This document shows positions 36,201 through 50,689 of a DNA stretch of 64,000 bases, piece by piece (position 1 is the stretch's first letter; every line of letters begins with the position of its first letter). This DNA is from the human T2T-CHM13v2.0 reference genome, Homo sapiens: NCBI RefSeq assembly GCF_009914755.1, contig NC_060935.1. The stretch is one strand, 5' to 3'. The translations under genes and the position numbers were made by a program. Under the pieces are notes generated by a model. The model saw nothing but the letters and a program-made list of their open reading frames with translations. It did no database searches and was not told where the DNA came from.

Positions 36201-37611
36201 AAAGGGACAGTCATAAATTTTGGAAACAGTTCAAACTTATAAACATTCTCATTGCCAACTTTTATATTAATATAGATCTTTTGGATGATGCAGGTACCTG
36301 TTTTCAGAGTGTATCATAATATTCTGTCACTAGGGGGCAGTTACACACCTGAGATTCAACTTACCTAGTTTACTCTCAAGACATTTTTTTCTTCAATATT
36401 ACCTGTTTTCTTCATGTGTCTGTTTTGAGGGAAATTATACAAATTGGAAGATCCTGATTGTGTTTGTATAAGTTTATTTGTATTCCCCTCATGCTTGAGT
36501 CTCTATTGATATAATGTATTTCTGACTATGCTAGATCAATCTTTAATCTAGAAAATTAGATTTTATATTTACACATAATTTCCATTTCTAATATATAATA
36601 TTCCCACACAGCCATCCTCTAGATTTTTGTTTGGGAAAGGGGTTAGGTGTCGGGGCAGGCAATTGTATTGTCAGCATCGTAGTAGATAATACAAAATGAT
36701 CTTAATATGAGATGCACACACACAAAATGTCTTTTCCCGTTGGCAAACACTCAAGTTACATGAAAGGAAAGGAGCAGAGCAGTCTGCAGAGATCTGACTT
36801 TCTCTAGGAATTAATTTCACAGCTACAACTTCTGAGGATTTGCCCAAGTACTTACTATCATTATTCCTGTTTTAAAAAAACAAAACTTGGTTCATGAGTT
36901 CACCAACCTTGAAATTAGTAAGCATGCTTTACTATTCTTCATGTCATTTTATATGCATATATTTGAAATTGTGCAGATTAACAGTATTGAGATTCTTACT
37001 CTAGCAAAATCAGAAGCATTGCAGAAACCAAAACTGTTGTCAGGAATCCTGTAATTTTAAGCTGGCAGGCTGTGTGAGTTGTAAATTTTACATTTGTTAC
37101 TGCAGCTAAAGATGGACCATTTTAGCTAATAAACAAATCTCTGCCATCCTTTGTCAGCACCATGTGAACCATGCTGTTTATAGACATCTGAATATCTGTA
37201 TGATTTTCTTGACTATGGTGATGATATTTTAAACTGTGGTTATAATTTAAAATCATTTTTAAAGCCTGTATCAGTTTCAGCCAAGCATTAAGTGCTAATA
37301 CTGAAAAATGTATCTGAAAATGAGTTATTTTGGAATAGAGGTTAGATATAACAAAATGTTAGGAAGAAAGCCAAAAACCTGTCATGATACATACTACTGT
37401 TAATTTAGGAGAAAGCACTCTGAATTGTTAGCCAGTATGTAAACAAAATCAAAGCAGTACTAAAATGTATATACTTTTAAGTTCATGAAAATTGTTGTAT
37501 AACCAAGCCAGGATGGTGGCTAAAATGCTAGCACCAGGGGCTAATATCAGTGTTGCTGTAAGGTGTTCCTAAATCAGGTTATTATCTGTGCTAAGGCATG
37601 AAGTATGTTAT

Positions 37612-38265
37612 TATTATTAATTTTAATTGACAGATCATAATTGTATTTATGGGGTAGGTACAGTGTGATGTTTTGATACATGTATACAATGTGGAATGAT
37701 TAACTTAAGCTAATAAACATATCCTTCACCTCACTTATTTTTTGTGATGAGACATCTGAAATTTACTGTTAGTAACTTTTGAAATACACAATACATTATT
37801 ATTAACTGCAGTCACCATGCTGTTGCTATAGATTTTTTAAAATTAATTTTTTATAATATTTTGAGACAGAGTCTTACTCTGTCACTCAGGCTGGAGTGCA
37901 GTGGCATGATGTTGGCTCACTGCAGCCTCCACCTCCTGGGTTGAAGTGATTCTTGTGTCTCAGCCTTCCTAATAGCTGGGATTATAGGTGAGCACCACCA
38001 CACCCAGCTAATTTTTGTATTTTTAGTAAAGATGGGGTTTCACCATGTTGGCCAGGCTGGTCTCGAATACCTGACCTCAAACAGTTTGCCTGCCTCGGCC
38101 TCCCAAAGTACTGGGATTACAGGCATGAGCCACTGTGCTCGGCCTGTGCTAGAGATCTTAAACACAAATTCCTCCTAACTGAAACTTTGTAGCCTTTGAA
38201 CAGCACATGCTCATTTCATTTCCTTACCCCCACTCCCATCTGCTGGTAACTACCGTTGTATTTTC
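37612..38265 (-). mobile_element. L1MA-like 3' end containing an antisense Alu (~37858-38145)
   Basis: TTTTAATTGACAGATCATAATTGTATTTATGGGG...TACAATGTGGAATGATTAA...CTAACTGAAACTTTGTA. Confidence 0.82.
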
Positions 38266-38267
38266 TA

Positions 38268-38760
38268 AGGCAGTGGCCCCCAACCTTTTTGGCACTAGGG
38301 ACTGGTTTTGTGGAAGACAAATTTTCCATGGGCAAGGTTGGGGTGGGGATGGATTTGGGATGATTCAAGTGCATTACATTTATTGTGCACTTTATTTCTA
38401 TTATTATTACACTGTATCATATAATGAAATAATTATACAACTCATCATAAGGTAGAATCAGTGGGAAGCCCTGAGTTTGTTTTCCTGCAACTAGATCTAG
38501 GTCCCATCTGGAGGTGATGGGAGACAGTAACAGATCATCAGGCATTAGATTCTCATAAGGAGGGTGCACCCTAGATCCCCCACATGCACAGTTCACAGTA
38601 GGGTTCTCATCCTATGAGAATCTAATGCAGCTGCTGATCTGACAGAGGTGGAGCTCAGACGGTAATGTGAGCAATGGGGAGCAGTTGTAAATACAGATGA
38701 AGCTTCCCTCACTTGCCCTCTGCTCACCTGCTGTGTGGCCTGTGGCTCGGGACTGCTGTA
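38268..38760. mobile_element. MER1 (MER1A-like) hAT-Charlie element
   Basis: CAGTGGCCCCCAACCTTTTTGGCACTAGGGACTGGTTTTGTGGAAGAC...GGCATTAGATTCTCATAAGGAG. Confidence 0.85.
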
Positions 38761-39607
38761 AGACATGATGTATTTTTGGTTATTTGAAAGGTGGACATAG
38801 TAATGAAAAGAATTTTACATCAAACATTTGTTCTTCTTAAGTATATTTTAAAACAAAAATGTTTGAGGATTTTAGATTTTTAAACTTTAGGAATCCACTT
38901 TTCTATTTTGTTTCTTTGAGAAAATAATTCTTGAAATATGAGACTTGTACAATTTCCAAAATCTTTGAGAATGCATTTCTCATAAAACATCACTTTGTGT
39001 TTACATATATGTGTATATCCATCTATATATATACATGTACATACATGTATACACATAGACATACACATTTTCCCTGTTCATTTACTTTTATATAGCCAAC
39101 CACTTATAAAGACACTAAAAGCTGACAGCCACCAATATTACTCTGGGGCTGTGTATATAATAAGTTATATAACTTTTGCACCTCATTCCTTCGTATACAT
39201 CATATATTAGTATACCCATATTGTGATCAGCTGCAAGTTTTAGCCTTGTAGTTGTTGTTTGTTACTTTTATATCCTTTATTCTTTTATAGTTTTATAGGT
39301 TATCTTCCACTGTTTATTTTGTAGGGTTCTCTGTGTATATGAAAAGCCAAAAAAAAAAAGCTCCCCATTTTGTGAATAGCTTTTGTTTCCATAATCTATT
39401 TTCAGGTCAGCTGCTTGTTATTTGGAATTTGTTTTCCCATAAAAAATAATGTTGGCTAAATTTTTGAGCCAACACACAGAACCTATTTCTTCACAACTGA
39501 CTTAATCACCATTTATAGCTTGTTTTTTGGGATAAAATGCATTGCACCTTCTAACTCTTGTAATTGTAGCTGCTACTGCTTTTCTTCTACTTTTTTAAAG
39601 AGACAGG

Positions 39608-41270
39608 GTCTCATGCCAGTCAGAATGGTGATTATTAAAAAGTCAAGAAACAACAGATGTGGTGAGGTTACAGAGAAATATGAACACTTTTACACTGTTG
39701 GTGGGAATGAAAATTAGTTCAACCATTGTGGAAGACAGTGTGGTGATTCCTCCAAGATTTAGAACTGGAAATACAATTTGACCCAGCAATCTCATTACTG
39801 GGTATATACCCAAAGGAATATAAATCATTCTGTTATAAAAATACGTGCACGTATATGTTCATTGTAGCACTATTCACAATAGCAAAGACATAGAATCAAC
39901 CCAAATGCCAATCAATGATAGGCTGGATAAAGAAAATGTACATATACACCATGGAATACTGTGCAGCCGTAGAAGGAACAAGATCATGTCCTTTGCAGGG
40001 ACATGGATGGAGCTGGAAGCCATTATCCTCAGCAAACTAATGCAGGAACAGAAAACCAAATACCACATGTTCTCACTTACGTATACCACATTTTCTTTAT
40101 CTCTTTATCACTTGAGAGATATTTGGGTTGTTTCCACCTCTTGGCAATGGCCAATTGGTTTTTGACAAAGGTGCAAAGCAATTAGTGAAGAAAGGGTATT
40201 CTTTTCAACAAATGATGTTGAATCAATTGGATATTCATGTGGGAAAAAAAAGGTGCATCAACCTAAACCTCACATCTTATAAAAACATGAATGCAAAATT
40301 GACTTAGATCTAAATGTAGAACTTAGAACTGTAAACTCCTAAAAGAAAGAACAAGAAAAAATCTTTAGGACCTGTGGGTAGGTAGGCAGAGAATTCTTAG
40401 ACATGACTGGAAAAGAATTTATATATAAATTCTTATATATAAGAAAAATAAATTAGAGTTCATCAAAATTAAAAACTTTTGTTCTTCCAAAGACACTGTT
40501 AAGGGACTGAAAAGCCAAACTACAGACTGGGAGAAAATACTTGTAAATCACATATCCAATGAAAGGACTTGTATCCCGGCTATGTAAAAAGCTCTCCAAA
40601 CTTAACAGTAAGAAAACAACACAATTAAAAAAATGGGCAAAAGATATGAACAGACACTTCACCAAGGAGAATTTAGAGATGGCAAATAAGCTCATAAAAA
40701 GATTGAGGGGCATCTGGACCTGAACTTGTATGTGTGAATGAGTTTGTGTTGTTTAGAGTTTCTCCTAGAGGCACAAGAGACTAATGGTGATGTCATACTC
40801 CCAAGTGGCTTTGGGAAAAAAATGAGGCAAAGTTAAAAAAAAAAAAAGATATTTTACACCTTTAATTTCTTGGAGAAAATGTGAATGAAAGTCACAATGT
40901 GACACCACCAGATACCTACTAGAAACAAACCATGGGACATTCAAACAGTGGAATGCTTCTTAGCAATGAAAGGGAGCAAACTATAGATACATGCAACACA
41001 TTGGATGAATCTCAAAGGCATTGTGTTGAGTGAAAGAAGCCAGTTTCAGTCAAACACTGTATGATTCTATTTATATGAACATTCTGGAAAAGACTAAACC
41101 ACAGTGATAGAGAACAGATCAGTGGTTACCAGGGGTTAGGGATGAGGTAGACTGTGACAACAAAGCAACAGCAAAAGGGAATTAAAAGTTTTAGGCTGAG
41201 GAAGCTGCTCTGTACCCTCAGTGTGGTGGTGGTTACACAAGTCTATACATACATTAAAACTCATAGAACT
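39608..41270 (+). mobile_element. Cluster of mostly sense L1 fragments (L1PA/PB 3' part 39608-40080; older L1M ORF2/3'UTR beyond)
   Basis: CTCATGCCAGTCAGAATGGTGATTATTAAAAAGTCAAG...CCATTATCCTCAGCAAACTAA...; AAAAATGGGCAAAAGATATGAACAGACACTTC. Confidence 0.85.
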
Positions 41271-41583
41271 GGCCAGGTGCGGTGGCTCACGCCTGTAACC
41301 TCAGCACTTTGGGAGGCTGAGGCAGGCAGATCACCTGAGGTCAGGAGTTTGAGACCAGCCTGGACAACATGGTGAAACCCCGTCTCTGCTAAAAATACAA
41401 AAATTAGCCAGGCATGGTGGCTCATGCCTGTAATCTCAGCTACTCCAGGAGGCTGAGGCAGGAGAATCACTTGAACCCGGGAGGCGGAGGTTGCCGTGAG
41501 CCGAGATCGCACCATTACACTCCAGTCCAGGCAACAAGAGTAAGACTGTCTGAAAAAACAAACAAACACAACAAAACAAAAAG
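41271..41583 (+). mobile_element. AluS-like, sense
   Basis: Full Alu with flanking repeat CTCATAGAACT on both sides. Confidence 0.95.
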
Positions 41584-43166
41584 CCTCATAGAACTGAACA
41601 CTGAAAGAGACAACTAGTAATTGGAGGACATAGCTCTCATGAAATTGGCAATATTTTATGAGATAAAGAAAACAGAAAAGGAGTAACTTTTTTTTTTTTT
41701 CTTAAATAGCCTCTTGTTCTTCTTACAGTTTTAGGCTCTTTTTTATACCCAAATATTTACCTTATTTTTGCAGGTTTTTTTTTTTCCTCCTAAATACCCT
41801 TTTTGGTTAGGTGTCTCCAATATTCTCTAAAATTCTTTAATTTTTAATAAACCGTATAGGTTAAATCTCAAAACAAACTCTAGAAAACTACTCATCTGTC
41901 TTCTTATGGATTTTTGAAAGATTGAAAGTTTCTTTTTACTTTTCTATTTTTTAAATTTTTCTTTGAGCCCTGACCATGGCAAGGACAGAATAGTTCATAA
42001 GTGCTATCCATAGGGTCTTGGAAACCCTTGGTACAGATCGTTTCTGTAGTGATAGTTGTTCTAACACAGTCTGACCGTTAGCTTTCTCTGGTTTAGTGTT
42101 AGCTCTCTCACATAGGCTGGTTTCATTCTGAGTCTTATAGTTTCTATTATATTTGAACTTCTTCCTAGTACAAAGAATAACAAAGGATAAATTGTTGGCA
42201 AGTTTTTTTGGCAGAAAAGGTTCGAAAAGGACCATAAAATAGTGAGGGATCATGAATGTGATGTGTTCATTTAAAGAATAAATACGGGACTAGAATGTAT
42301 AATGGGAACTTAGTGTGTAGGCACCAAAAGTTAATCTGAAAATATTCAGCATTTTTCAAATTCTTATTAGAATAGTCTCTTCAGCGCTGAGCTTAGCAAC
42401 TTAAGCAAGATGTGGAAATAATTGCCAAGGTTCCTGAGAAGAGCCATGAAAATTTAAATAAGAGAATAGAATAATACCTTTAAGAGAAGGTTAAAAGAAC
42501 TGAAGCTTCCTAGGGAAGAGGGGGAGAATTTGAAGCCTATGAACAGCTAGAACAGGTTGGTAACTCTTCCTTTCGACTGGCTACTGGTACAAAAAGCAAT
42601 GTCCTTTGTTTTTCAGGAGGGATTTGTTGGCATATGAGCCTTTTATCTCCATTTAATGTATAAGTAAGGCAACTTACATTATTGTATGGCGGTACAATAA
42701 TTATTAGTTGCCTACAGCATTGGGAAACTTAAGTCAAAGTCATAACTCATCTCTAACTAGTGGTATGACCTTAGTCCATTTCTTTAACTTCTGGGGCTTA
42801 ATTCTTAATTCCTCTTATGTTTACAAATAAAGTTGAATTACTCTAAGAGTTTCTGTAACTTTGGATAATAATAATAATGTTTACCAACACTTACATAGTA
42901 CATACTATCTGCCAGTCATGGTTGCCAGTATATATATTCATATATATTAAGTATACAGTCATGTGTAATTCTTGGAACTACTATGTGAGGTTAGTATAGT
43001 TACTCTTGAGGAAACTGAGACATGGAAGGTAAAGTAGCCCAAGGTGACAGGGTTAGTAAAAAGGAAAGCTGTGGTTGAAGGGAGGAAGTCTGGCTAACAG
43101 CCCATGCCCCTAACTCTGAACTTCACTATATGGTCTCCCTCTCCCATAATTCTACTGTTGCTTTGA

Positions 43167-43515
<349 letters not shown>

Positions 43516-43799
43516 TGTTTTTTTTTTCCTTAAGGTAAAATATAAATAATAAATGCTTAAATTATAAGGAAGGAACAACTCTAGTTAAAATGATCCATTC
43601 AGAGGAAAATTAAGAAGGTTACTAGTTGTTAACAGTGGTTGTGTATATTTCATATAATATTTAGTGACCAAAAGAGAATATAAATCAAACTGAAGTTACT
43701 CTGAGGACTCTATATTCTTTGAAATTGTACAGTGGCTTTAAAAAAACTGTAAAAACAAACCCGAATCACTGTTTTTAAAGTCAGATTTAAGCAGACTGT

Positions 43800-44225
43800 G
43801 ATTCTGCACGCCTCTGTTGTCAGGTCCTCCCCTGGGATACTAATGTGTTCTGGATGCCATATTTTAAGAAAAGCCCAACTGGCCTGAGGGATGGGATTTA
43901 GAACTGTGTTATGTAAGAAACAGTGGAAGGACCTAGTGGAAGGACCTGGGGATGCTCAGCTGGGAGAAGGAAGAATGATCTCAAATAAATGAAAAGCTAT
44001 CCTTTAGAAGGATTAAACTCCATGGGATAGCATTGGACCAGTAGGTGCTAGTTACAGAGTGGCAGACTTTAGCTTGGTAGAAGCCAGCCGAATGCAAAAT
44101 TGGCTGACTTATGTGGTGTCGGTTTCTTTGTCAGGAGATTTTCAAGTGAAGGCTGAGTAATACCAGGAAAGGGATGTTACAGAGCAGATTCGTCCTGGTT
44201 TAGTTGGACAAGGTGGTGTTTTAGT
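43800..44225 (+). mobile_element. Possible L3/CR1 LINE fossil
   Basis: GTTCTGGATGCCATATTTTAAGAA...GAAGGACCTGGGGATGCTCAGCTGGGAGAAGGAAGA resembles the CR1/L3 ORF2 3' region. Confidence 0.5.
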
Positions 44226-44726
44226 TCTCTCATCACAGTGTCTGGCGTACGATATGTATTCAGTAAACCACTGTTAAATTAATGACTTAAAAAATGGAAC
44301 AGGATAAATATTCTGATTATTTAAGACCATAGTGACTTATTTTAAAATGACTTGATTCTGTCCAAATTACAAGGAGAGATTGAGAGGGAAGAACATTTAA
44401 CTTAATTTAGCTATAGGTTTGATTGCTTTCTAGTTCCTCTTATATACCATAACTTTCATCGCTATTATGTCAGTAATTACTATGTAAGTTTAAAATTGCA
44501 CAAATTTTTATATGTATGCATGTCTCAGCTTATTAACTTGTAAGCTCTCTATTAGGACTATATTTTCATAGGTATTCCTTCACAGCACCAAGCCAGAACC
44601 TTTGTGAAATAATATAACGTGAGGGATTTCAAACTCATGCGTGTGTGTGCATGCGTGTGCATGTGGCAGGAGATGGAGGCTTGTTGCCCCTGTTCTGTTC
44701 ATTTTCACCTTTCATTTATGTATTCT

Positions 44727-45025
44727 TTTTTTTTTTTTTTTTTTTTTTTGAGACAGAGTCTTACTCTGTCACCCCGGCTAGAGTGTAACCTCAGCTCACT
44801 GTAACCTCCGCCTCCCGGGTTCAAGTATTTCTTCTGCCTCAGCTTCCCTAGTAGCTGGGACTACAAGTGTGTGCCACCATGCCTGGCTAATTTTTGTCTT
44901 AATTTTAGTAAAGACGGGATTTCACTATATTGGCCATGCTGGTCACGAACTCTGACCTCAAGTGATCTGCCTGCTTTGGCCTCCTAAAGTGCTGGGATTA
45001 CAGGTGTGAGCCACTGTGCCCGGCC
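44727..45025 (-). mobile_element. AluS-like, ~110 nt upstream of exon 3
   Basis: Antisense Alu with TSD TCA(T/C)TTATGTATTCT. Confidence 0.93.
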
Positions 45026-45134
45026 TCACTTATGTATTCTAATGCTGATTCTAACATTTAGAAGCCTTTACTGAACCAGGTATGAATCGTCTGATGTAGA
45101 AGGGACTATGTTCAGTGTTTGTTGCTTTTGTCAG

Positions 45135-45264
45135 GTGCATGTGAGGGAACCCTGGCTTGTTCAACCTGTCACCTCATCTTTGAAGATCACATATATGAGA
45201 AGTTAGATGCAATCACTGATGAGGAGAATGACATGCTCGATCTGGCATATGGACTAACAGACAG
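45135..45264 (+). CDS. FDX1: FDX1 exon 3 ([2Fe-2S] motif and acidic partner-binding helix)
   Basis: Acceptor TTGCTTTTGTCAG|GT; encodes (G)[42 protein letters not shown](R) with C-X5-C-X2-C; donor AG|GTAAGA. Confidence 0.98.
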
Positions 45265-46802
45265 GTAAGATTTTTGGACTGCTTCAATTGTAATAATAAT
45301 CTGGGAACATAGATGTTGTATTATGTTGTCTATGTAAGACCAGACCCATAAATGTAATAGTGTTCTACCAGGTTAAATAACAGTCACAGATTTTGAGTAT
45401 CAGATATGTGGCATTTCTCTTTGTTTTCACTGTTCTACAGTTTAGACCTTATGAAATTTTACAAAAGTAAAAAAAATTAATTGGAAGTATAAGTTCTAGA
45501 TCCTAACACCTCTTCTTTAGTCTCTTTTTACTCCAGGAACTAATATGTATCACAACTGAATGGAGGGGTTAAATCTAATGCTTTTATATTTGATAATTGA
45601 ACACAATTATAATGGAAAGTTTCACCTATTAGAGAGAACAGAATTTTTAAAGAAACTTAATATATAATAGTAATTATGTTAAAATGAATAGCTCTTTTTC
45701 TAAGTGTACCTTAAAGTAATCAGAGCTTATTCTTGTTATTAATTAATAGTTACTCTTAAAAGTGGTGAGATTTACAGTAGCAAGTGACATCAAGTGATAT
45801 CTTATTTTTTAAAAAAATTATCTAGTCTTTTGATTGGAGTCAATGAAGGTAGCTAGCTGATATACTATTTCAAGGGGTAAGATAATGAGGGCATATTACT
45901 TAATTAAGGTTGGCTTTGTTTAACTCTAGTTTGGTGACCTTAATGACAAATAATTTTTTAAAAATTAAAGATAATAGTAATAATAGTTTTATTTCATGTG
46001 TATTATATAGCTACAATTTTGTTATACACTTTTAATATAAACTACCTCATTTAATCCTCACAAACATTTTCAGGTCATTTGTATTTATTTAGAGAAGAAG
46101 AATCATTTTGTTCCTTTTATAGTTCATTTCCCTCTTGGTGGATGTGAGACTGATAACCCTGGGAAGAGAAACTGGTGAAATAGTATCTCTTTGGACACCA
46201 AAGCAGAGTGGATTGTGGCTACTGTCTGCCTGTCCTCTCACATCTTCAGTGCCGTGTTCTCTATGAGCACCTCCTTTCTTCCCCTTAACACAGAAACTAA
46301 ATCCAATGACTGTATTAGTTTGGTTCTGAGAATTGTGTCTCTTAATAAGAGAGTTAAATCATAGCCAACTGCTTGCTCTTTTATACAGTTACAATTTGTA
46401 GATGCCTGTAATAGATAATATTCTAATTGAAAAGAAAGGGAAAAGGGAGAGCTACAGTTAGATACAAAAGGTCTATAATAAATGTAAGCTAGCAAGAGTA
46501 TTGATGATAAAATTTCCAAGTTTTACAGCTACACAATAGAGAGCAAGGAATAGCTTTTATGGTGTTTTATAGCTGGTATTCTTAAGTACACAGCATTTTA
46601 GTAGAAATACTTTGTGGGAAAGAGTATAATGGGTTTCACAGGTAGCATTTACAAAACACATTGACATATTTGGAATGGAAAGAATTTTGCTCAAAGCTAG
46701 TAACCACATGTAAACTTATTTTTAGGGTATCAGAAAGTTTCAGAAAAAGAAATAAGGAAATTCAGCCTTTTAGTTCATATACTTACTTTAAATACTATGT
46801 AA

Positions 46803-47127
<325 letters not shown>

Positions 47128-47379
47128 TTCAATGTTTTATTGGTTGTCCTTAACCTTGATTGTTGATGGATGGATGGATGATACATGGACAGCCTCATTG
47201 TTTTTTTCATACTGGTTACCTATCTCCCTTTTCCCATTAAAGGAGCAGCCATGTCTTATTTTACCATTGTATCTCTAATGCCAGATTCACAGTAGAGGTC
47301 ACCAACTGCTTGCGGAATTAATAGTTGATGGAAAGGGAGATTCAGGAATTACCTGTGAGTTTACATTGGATGATTGTAA

Positions 47380-47800
47380 TTGCTCCCTGCCACCAGTTTG
47401 CATGGGTAATCTACACAGAGGCCTCAGATTCCTTATATGTGAGGTGAGGATAATAATAGTACCTACCTCACAGTATTGCTGTGTGGAGTTAATGAGGAAA
47501 TATATGTGAAGCTCTCAGAACAGTGCTTGGTGGAGAAAGCATTCATTAAATGGTAGTTGTTAGCATTGTAACTACCATCATATCGACTTATCTATTGGGA
47601 ACTTACTGTAATGCCTAGGCACTTAAGTATTATTTCTAACCTTCAGGGTTAGGCAGTACTATCACCATGTTGTAGGTGGGGAAACAAGGTTTAGTTATCG
47701 CGGATTTGCTTAAGGCTGCACAGCTAGTGGGTAACACCCCTGATTTAAATCCAGCTGTGTTGGGCCCCAAAGCCTTTAGTCTTTTACTATTTCAAGCTGC
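47380..47800. mobile_element. Two MIR fragments in opposite orientations
   Basis: GCCTCAGATTCCTTATATGTGAGGTGAGGATAATAATAGACCTACCTCACAG (sense); GGGAAACAAGGTTTAG...TTTGCTTAAGGCTGCACAGCTAGT (antisense). Confidence 0.65.
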
Positions 47801-49435
47801 TTCTCTGAGTTGAAAACCAAACCCTAGAACTAAAGTAAACCTAATACCCAGTATATTTTCACCATCAGGGATATGTGGCAAGAGTAACTGGAGAAAATAC
47901 CTTCCAGGTTTGCAGAAGTGTCAAAATGTTGTGGGACTCAAAGTGTGAAATCAGGGGAGCCTTGTTGTCTGTCTCCTTCTCTAGAAGTATGAGACACCAT
48001 CTATACTGGTGGATCTTGGAGCCAGAGATCTTTAAGGAGGTAGAAGAAGTAGGAGAGTGAGAAACTAGCCACAGAGCGCCACTGCCTTATTCTCTAGACT
48101 GAGCAGGAGCTTTTTGTTCCGTCTCTTTCTGTGTTCCCATAACAGATTTATTGTTCTTCTATCACCACACTTGTGGTACCCTGCCATGTTTCACTGATAA
48201 CTGTTTCCATCTCTGTTTCCCTTACTAAAGTAACCGTTCCTTGAAGACCAGCATCATCTTGCTATCTGTATATGAATACCAAGAGTAACCAACAGACTCT
48301 CTAGAGCTCACTGCTGTCTTAACGAATTTGTCCAAATTGGCTTGCCACTTTTTCTCTCTTGCAGACAGAGCTTAATGCATAATTGAGTATTGTGAAGGCA
48401 GTTTCCAATTCTACAAATAAAGAACTCTTGATAGAGGGGATTTTTTTCTATTAGTAATCAGTATTTCTCATGGTTAAGCACACTCCTTTACTCCAAAACT
48501 TCCTGGTGGTTCCTCCTTGCTCACCAGTGAAACACAGGCCCCTTAACTGATATTCACAGCTGCCTGTGGCTCTGGCCGCTTTTCTGGCCCATCATTCCCC
48601 TTGTCCTTGTTTACGCTGTGCAGCAACCAAGCTAAAACACCCATCTTGCTTTAAATGTGACTTGAGCTTCTTTGCATTGTGTTGCCTTTGCCTCACATAC
48701 TTTTCTCCTTTATCTTGTACTAAATAGTAAATCCTACCTATCCTCTAAAGCCCATTGTGGACAACACCTTCTGTGGCCAGAAGTAAGGGCTTTCTTCTTA
48801 GACCTCTCAGAGCCATTTGGCTTTCTCCCTCGGTGGCATTTGCCACAGTCTCACATGTTAACTATCTGAATGTGTCTCATCTCATCCCTTTGATTGAAAG
48901 TTTACTCATTAATGCTGGCATTAGCAACCAATCCTCACAGCAGTCCTGTGAGGAAGTCTCCTGCTCATCTTGAAGATTAGGTTAGGAAACTACCATTTGG
49001 TGAGGTTAAGCAAGTTGCCTGTGAACATGGTATATTAAGTGCTGGATTCTGCACTGCTGGTCTCTTTGGCTGTAACTCTGATGCTGTCTCTTTAGTGCAT
49101 CCCAATGCCCAGAAAATAAGAAGTGTTCAATAAGAAAGTGTGGAGTTGATTTGCTCTTCCTCATTGACATTTAGTGTTGTGCCTTTAGGTGCTCAATAAA
49201 TGCTTCATGAGTACATTAATAAAACCAAGACCTGAATATCAGATTTCATCAAATTGAAGACATGTCAATTGTAAGATTAACATTTCTTTTTATATGCCAC
49301 TAAGGAAGATAAAAGCACTGCTAATTCAAATATGGCACAGTCTTATGACTTAACATATTTTCTGAATATTGAAAGAGTTATTTAGACTTATCTAGACATA
49401 GATTTGAATTATATATCACTGCTAAGAAAAGAAAA

Positions 49436-49740
49436 TGGCTGAGTGCGGTGGCTCATACCTGTTATCCCAACACTTTGGGAGGCTGAGGCGGATAGATCAC
49501 TTGAGCCCAGGAGGTTGAGACCAGCCTAAGCAACATGGTGAAACCTTGTCTCTACAAAAAATACAAAAATTATTCAAGCATGGTGGTGCATGCCTGTAGT
49601 CCCCGCTACTTAGGAGGCTGAGGTGGGAGGATCACCAGGGCCTGGGAGGTGGAGGTTAACAGTGAGCTGAAATCATGCCAGTGCACTCCAGCCTGGGTGA
49701 CAGAGCCAGACCCTGTCTTAAAAAAAAAAAAAAAAAAGAA
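49436..49740 (+). mobile_element. AluJ-like, sense
   Basis: GGCTGAGTGCGGTGGCTCATACCTG...TTGAGCCCAGGAG...poly-A. Confidence 0.94.
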
Positions 49741-50574
49741 GGAAAATAAACACAAAATAAAATTAGTAGTAATTCTGCAAAAAAAAAAGGAAATTAGTCA
49801 TTCTTAAAATGACAAATATTTATTAATTCCAAATTTACACCCTGCTTTCTTTCTGTATTCTTCTTCATTTTCATTTTGTAATCTTTTTAGACTATTTTGA
49901 AAAGTAGGTAAATTCGACATGTGTACTTACATACTTTGCATAACTAAGTTGAAGAGACCCCTGTATGAATATTGTCACCAAATCTGTAGCTGTGACATGA
50001 CCATTACCTGACAGTGTAGCAGTGATTGTAAGATTCCATTGATTTTAAGATGCTTCTTGATTTCCAGAGATGGTAAAAATTTGAGAAAAAATATGCTCTT
50101 ATAATTGATGACTTAAGTCTATGTATTTATTCCAGATTTCTTCTTTTAAAGGCTTTAAAAAGTGTAGCTTTCTTTTATAGTCTGTGTGGTTTTAATTATC
50201 TAGGAATTGATTAATCATTTTCTTGGCCTTGCTAATAACCTCAGTTCTCCACCATTGTGCCTTCTGATTGTTTCCTTGCTTGTCAGCTCTTTGACCAAAA
50301 AGTAGTGGTCTGGTGAAACAGTTAATAGATAATAGGAACCAAAGGCTAAAATGAAGCTTTGGTACACCAAGTTTATTGTATTCATATTTACCTTTTGTTA
50401 TTCTCTAGTTGATAGGGTTGGTTATATCTGTTTTGACATAAAGGAAATTTAAAAGGTTAATAAGTTCCCTGACTGCTTTGGGTAAGAAAATATAAAGACT
50501 ATCTTAAACAACTGCATTGCCTTGTGAATATATATACGTAATACTAAACCATACCTTCCCCCTTTTCCATACAG

Positions 50575-50689
50575 ATCACGGTTGGGCTGCCAAATCTGTT
50601 TGACAAAATCTATGGACAATATGACTGTTCGAGTGCCTGAAACAGTGGCTGATGCCAGACAATCCATTGATGTGGGCAAGACCTCCTGA
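50575..50689 (+). CDS. FDX1: FDX1 exon 4 coding part, ending in the TGA stop
   Basis: Acceptor CTTCCCCCTTTTCCATACAG|A; encodes (R)[37 protein letters not shown], including the fourth Cys ligand (RLGCQ). Confidence 0.98.
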
